A DNA stretch of 64,000 bases, taken from the UHGV virus genome UHGV-0098755, one strand, 5' to 3'. This DNA comes from a virus. A program made the position numbers and the translations under genes. Positions within the stretch are counted from its first letter, which is position 1. Every line of letters starts with the position of its first letter. Under the pieces are notes generated by a model that saw only the letters and a list, made by a program, of their open reading frames with translations, was not told the origin of the DNA and searched no databases. Shown one piece after another: positions 59,941 to 64,000 of this stretch.

Positions 59941-62900
59941 CAGTAAAAGCACCTTCAGTCACTAGTCTCAGAATTTCCAAGTTATCCGCAAATCAGGTGC
60001 AAGTACGCTGGGATGACGTTGGTGCTAATTTCTACTATTTTGTAGAAATCGCTGAGACAAAAACAGACTCGGGGGAAAATCTCCCGAGTAATCAATACAG
60101 ATGGATTAACTTAGGATATACTGCAAATAACAGCTTCTTTTTTGATGATGCCGACCCATTGACATCATACGTTATTAGAGTAGCTACAGCTGCGCAGGAT
60201 TTTGAGCAGTCTGATTGGATTTATACCGAAGAGTTTGAAACTTTTGCTACAAACGCTTATACATTTCAAAACATGATTGAAATGCAATTAGCTAATAAAT
60301 TCATTCAGGAAAAATTTACTCTTAATAATTCTGATTATGTTAATTTTAATAATGACACTATAATGGCTGCATTGATGAATGAATCATTTCAATTCAGCCC
60401 GTCATATGTTGACGTTTCATCAATAAGTAATTTTATTATTGGTGAAAATGAGTATCATGAAATACAAGGTTCTATTCAGCAAGTATGTAAGGATATTAAC
60501 CGAGTTTATTTGATGGAATCAGAAGGGATTCTATATCTTTTTGAGCGTTATCAACCTGTAGTTAAAGTATCCAATGATAAAGGACAAACCTGGAAAGCGG
60601 TAAAGCTCTTCAATGACCGTGTAGGATATCCTTTATCTAAGACAGTATATTACCAATCTGCGAACACAACATACGTTCTAGGATACGACAAGATTTTCTA
60701 TGGCCGCAAATCTACTGATGTTAGATGGTCAGCTGACGATGTCAGATTTAGTTCGCAGGATATAACATTCGCTAAACTTGGCGACCAATTACATCTAGGA
60801 TTTGATGTAGAAATTTTTGCCACTTACGCAACTTTGCCAGCGAATGTATACCGTATAGCTGAGGCTATTACTTGCACGGATGATTATATCTATGTTGTTG
60901 CCAGAGATAAAGTTAGATACATAAAAACGAGTAATGCACCTATAGATTCTGATCCATTATCTCCGACATATTCGGAAAGACTTTTTGAACCTGATACTAT
61001 GACTATAACCGGAAATCCTAAAGCAGTATGCTATAAAATGGATTCTATCGGTGATAAAGTTTTTGCTCTTATTATTGGTGAAGTTGAAACATTAAATGCT
61101 AATCCTAGAACATCAAAAATAATTGATTCTGTTGATAAAGGAATATATGTTTTAAATCATGACACAAAAACGTGGAAAAGAGTTTTTGGCAACACTGAAG
61201 AAGAAAGAAGACGTATTCAACCAGGGTATGCGAATATGTCAACTGATGGTAAATTAGTTTCTCTATCATCGAGTAATTTTAAATTTTTAAGTGATAATGT
61301 TGTTAATGACCCTGAAACTGCAGCAAAATATCAGTTAATCGGTGCTGTTAAATATGAATTTCCTCGTGAATGGTTAGCTGATAAGCATTATCATATGATG
61401 GCATTTATAGCAGATGAAAAGTCTGATTGGGAAACTTTTACTCCTCAGCCGATGAAATACTACGCTGAACCATTCTTTAACTGGTCTAAAAAATCTAACA
61501 CACGCTGTTGGATAAACAACTCTGATAGGGTTGTAGTAGTTTATGCTGATTTAAAATACACTAAAGTTATAGAAAATATTCCGGAAACATCACCAGATAG
61601 ATTAGTTCATGAATACTGGGATGATGGCGATTGCACTATAGTAATGCCAAATGTTAAATTCACTGGATTTAAAAAATATGCATCTGGGATGCTTTTCTAT
61701 AAAGCCTCTGGTGAAATAATTTCTTACTATGATTTTAACTATCGTGTTAGAGACACTGTCGAAATTATTTGGAAGCCAACTGAAGTATTTTTAAAAGCAT
61801 TTTTACAAAACCAAGAGCATGAAACTCCTTGGTCGCCCGAAGAAGAGCGTGGATTAGCTGACCCTGATTTAAGACCATTGATTGGCACAATGATGCCTGA
61901 TTCTTATTTGTTACAGGATTCGAATTTTGAGGCATTTTGCGAAGCATATATTCAGTATCTTTCTGATGGATATGGAACTCAGTATAACAATTTACGAAAT
62001 TTAATTCGTAACAAATATCCACGAGAAGAGCATGCATGGGAATATTTGTGGTCAGAGATATATAAAAGAAACATTTATTTAAATGCTGATAAACGCGATG
62101 CTGTTGCGAGATTCTTTGAATCACGTAGCTACGATTTTTATTCTACTAAAGGAATTGAAGCATCATACAAGTTTCTTTTTAAAGTTCTTTATAATGAAGA
62201 AGTTGAAATTGAAATTGAATCTGGGGCTGGTACTGAATATGACATAATCGTTCAATCTGATTCTTTGACTGAAGATTTAGTAGGACAAACGATTTATACG
62301 GCAACAGGAAGATGTAATGTTACTTATATAGAAAGAAGCTATTCTAATGGTAAATTGCAATGGACCGTAACTATTCATAATCTTTTGGGAAGATTAATTG
62401 CTGGTCAAGAAGTTAAAGCAGAAAGACTCCCTAGTTTTGAAGGCGAAATTATTCGTGGCGTTAAAGGAAAGGATTTGCTTCAAAACAATATAGACTATAT
62501 TAATAGAAGTAGATCATACTATGTAATGAAAATTAAATCCAATTTACCTTCTTCCCGCTGGAAATCTGACGTTATTCGTTTTGTTCATCCAGTAGGATTT
62601 GGATTTATAGCAATTACACTTTTAACAATGTTTATTAATGTTGGTTTAACTCTTAAACATACAGAGACTATAATTAATAAATACAAAAACTATAAATGGG
62701 ATTCTGGATTGCCTACTGAATACGCTGATAGAGTAGCTAAATTGACTCCAACTGGCGAAATTGAGCATGATTCAGTAACAGGCGAAGCAATTTATGAGCC
62801 TGGCCCAATGGCTGGCGTAAAATATCCTCTTCCTGATGACTATAATGCTGAAAATAATAATTCAATATTTCAAGGTCAATTGCCGTCTGAACGACGTAAA

Positions 62901-63035
62901 TTAATGAGTCCTTTATTTGATGCATCTGGAACAACATTTGCGCAATTTAGAGATTTAGTTAATAAACGTTTAAAAGATAATATAGGAAATCCAAGAGACC
63001 CTGAAAATCCAACACAGGTTAAAATAGATGAATGA
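59937..63035 (+). CDS. 7: Baseplate wedge protein gp7
   Basis: 1032-aa ORF, T4 gp7 length and position. Confidence 0.93.
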   Translation: MTVKAPSVTSLRISKLSANQVQVRWDDVGANFYYFVEIAETKTDSGENLPSNQYRWINLGYTANNSFFFDDADPLTSYVIRVATAAQDFEQSDWIYTEEFETFATNAYTFQNMIEMQLANKFIQEKFTLNNSDYVNFNNDTIMAALMNESFQFSPSYVDVSSISNFIIGENEYHEIQGSIQQVCKDINRVYLMESEGILYLFERYQPVVKVSNDKGQTWKAVKLFNDRVGYPLSKTVYYQSANTTYVLGYDKIFYGRKSTDVRWSADDVRFSSQDITFAKLGDQLHLGFDVEIFATYATLPANVYRIAEAITCTDDYIYVVARDKVRYIKTSNAPIDSDPLSPTYSERLFEPDTMTITGNPKAVCYKMDSIGDKVFALIIGEVETLNANPRTSKIIDSVDKGIYVLNHDTKTWKRVFGNTEEERRRIQPGYANMSTDGKLVSLSSSNFKFLSDNVVNDPETAAKYQLIGAVKYEFPREWLADKHYHMMAFIADEKSDWETFTPQPMKYYAEPFFNWSKKSNTRCWINNSDRVVVVYADLKYTKVIENIPETSPDRLVHEYWDDGDCTIVMPNVKFTGFKKYASGMLFYKASGEIISYYDFNYRVRDTVEIIWKPTEVFLKAFLQNQEHETPWSPEEERGLADPDLRPLIGTMMPDSYLLQDSNFEAFCEAYIQYLSDGYGTQYNNLRNLIRNKYPREEHAWEYLWSEIYKRNIYLNADKRDAVARFFESRSYDFYSTKGIEASYKFLFKVLYNEEVEIEIESGAGTEYDIIVQSDSLTEDLVGQTIYTATGRCNVTYIERSYSNGKLQWTVTIHNLLGRLIAGQEVKAERLPSFEGEIIRGVKGKDLLQNNIDYINRSRSYYVMKIKSNLPSSRWKSDVIRFVHPVGFGFIAITLLTMFINVGLTLKHTETIINKYKNYKWDSGLPTEYADRVAKLTPTGEIEHDSVTGEAIYEPGPMAGVKYPLPDDYNAENNNSIFQGQLPSERRKLMSPLFDASGTTFAQFRDLVNKRLKDNIGNPRDPENPTQVKIDE

Positions 63036-64000
63036 TTCAAGTGTTATCTATCGTGCGATAGTTACTTCAAAATTTAGAACAGAAAAAATGTTGAATTTTT
63101 ATAATTCAATTGGAAGTGGTCCGGATAAAAACACTATCTTTATCACATTTGGAAGATCAGAACCATGGTCATCAAATGAAAATGAGGTGGGATTTGCCCC
63201 ACCTTATCCCACCGATTCTGTATTAGGTGTAACTGACATGTGGACTCATATGATGGGAACCGTGAAGGTTCTTCCATCTATGCTTGATGCAGTTATTCCT
63301 CGTCGAGATTGGGGAGATACTAGATATCCGGATCCATACACATTTAGAATTAACGATATTGTAGTATGTAACTCAGCTCCTTACAATGCTACCGAATCAG
63401 GCGCAGGCTGGTTAGTATATCGATGTTTAGATGTTCCTGATACCGGAATGTGTTCAATAGCATCTTTAACTGATAAAGATGAATGCCTTAAGTTAGGTGG
63501 AAAATGGACTCCTTCCGCTAGGTCAATGACTCCTCCTGAAGGTCGAGGAGACGCGGAAGGAACAATTGAACCTGGAGACGGATATGTTTGGGAATATCTT
63601 TTTGAGATTCCGCCTGATGTATCTATAAATAGATGTACGAATGAATATATCGTGGTTCCTTGGCCTGAGGAATTAAAAGAAGACCCGACTAGATGGGGAT
63701 ATGAAGATAATCTCACATGGCAGCAAGATGATTTTGGATTAATTTACCGGGTTAAGGCAAATACTATTCGTTTTAAAGCATATTTAGATTCAGTTTATTT
63801 TCCTGAAGCTGCATTGCCGGGAAATAAAGGATTTAGACAAATATCAATAATCACGAATCCTCTTGAAGCTAAAGCTCATCCAAATGACCCAAACGTTAAA
63901 GCTGAAAAGGATTATTATGATCCAGAAGATTTAATGAGGCATTCGGGCGAAATGATTTATATGGAAAATAGGCCACCTATTATCATGGCAATGGATCAAA
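63028..64000 (+). CDS. 8: Baseplate wedge protein gp8, N-terminal ~324 codons; continues beyond window end
   Basis: ATG 63028 overlaps the gp7 stop by 8 nt; open frame MNDSSVIYRAIV... to the window end; T4 synteny. Confidence 0.85.
   Translation, partial: MNDSSVIYRAIVTSKFRTEKMLNFYNSIGSGPDKNTIFITFGRSEPWSSNENEVGFAPPYPTDSVLGVTDMWTHMMGTVKVLPSMLDAVIPRRDWGDTRYPDPYTFRINDIVVCNSAPYNATESGAGWLVYRCLDVPDTGMCSIASLTDKDECLKLGGKWTPSARSMTPPEGRGDAEGTIEPGDGYVWEYLFEIPPDVSINRCTNEYIVVPWPEELKEDPTRWGYEDNLTWQQDDFGLIYRVKANTIRFKAYLDSVYFPEAALPGNKGFRQISIITNPLEAKAHPNDPNVKAEKDYYDPEDLMRHSGEMIYMENRPPIIMAMDQ

Noticed and set aside
61765-62124. 119-aa minus ORF inside gene 7
   Set aside because: Antisense to gp7; no promoter or SD; shadow ORF.

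Overview
This window reads as a contiguous segment of a T4-like (T-even, Tequatrovirus-type) myovirus genome, running from the N-terminal part of helicase gene 41 to the start of baseplate gene 8. All calls rest on reading the supplied ORF translations and the sequence by eye, with T4 proteins recalled from memory; no searches were run. Coordinates 1-54,800 are almost entirely minus-strand early/middle genes (replication, recombination, nucleotide metabolism, many small accessory ORFs); 54,825-64,000 are plus-strand late baseplate genes. Gene order matches T4 (41, 40, uvsX, 42, imm, 43, regA, 62, 44, 45, rpbA, 46, 47, alpha-gt, 55, nrdH, nrdG, nrdD, 49, nrdC, rI, tk, regB, ipIII, e, nudE, tRNAs, 57B, 57A, 1, 3, 2, 4, 53, 5, 6, 7, 8). 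It differs from T4 as I remember it in ways that fit a T2/T6-like relative: a different 282-aa glycosyltransferase at the beta-gt position, an uninterrupted nrdD with no homing-endonuclease ORFs, only a 3' remnant of denV, a rearranged internal-protein locus, and 10 tRNA genes (Tyr and Asn added to the T4 set). The strongest candidate for a novel system is a promoter- and terminator-bounded four-gene cassette at 32,343-35,105 encoding a pol-beta-type nucleotidyltransferase, a multi-pass membrane protein and two paralogous small proteins. Other accessory features worth follow-up are a tandem array of coiled-coil-tailed paralogs (24.7-28.7 kb), capsid-targeted internal-protein cassettes, a macro-domain protein, a host-like glycyl-radical cofactor and a trio of paralogous membrane proteins. 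Minus-strand genes are punctuated by many T4-type early promoters and C(UUCG)G-type terminator hairpins.
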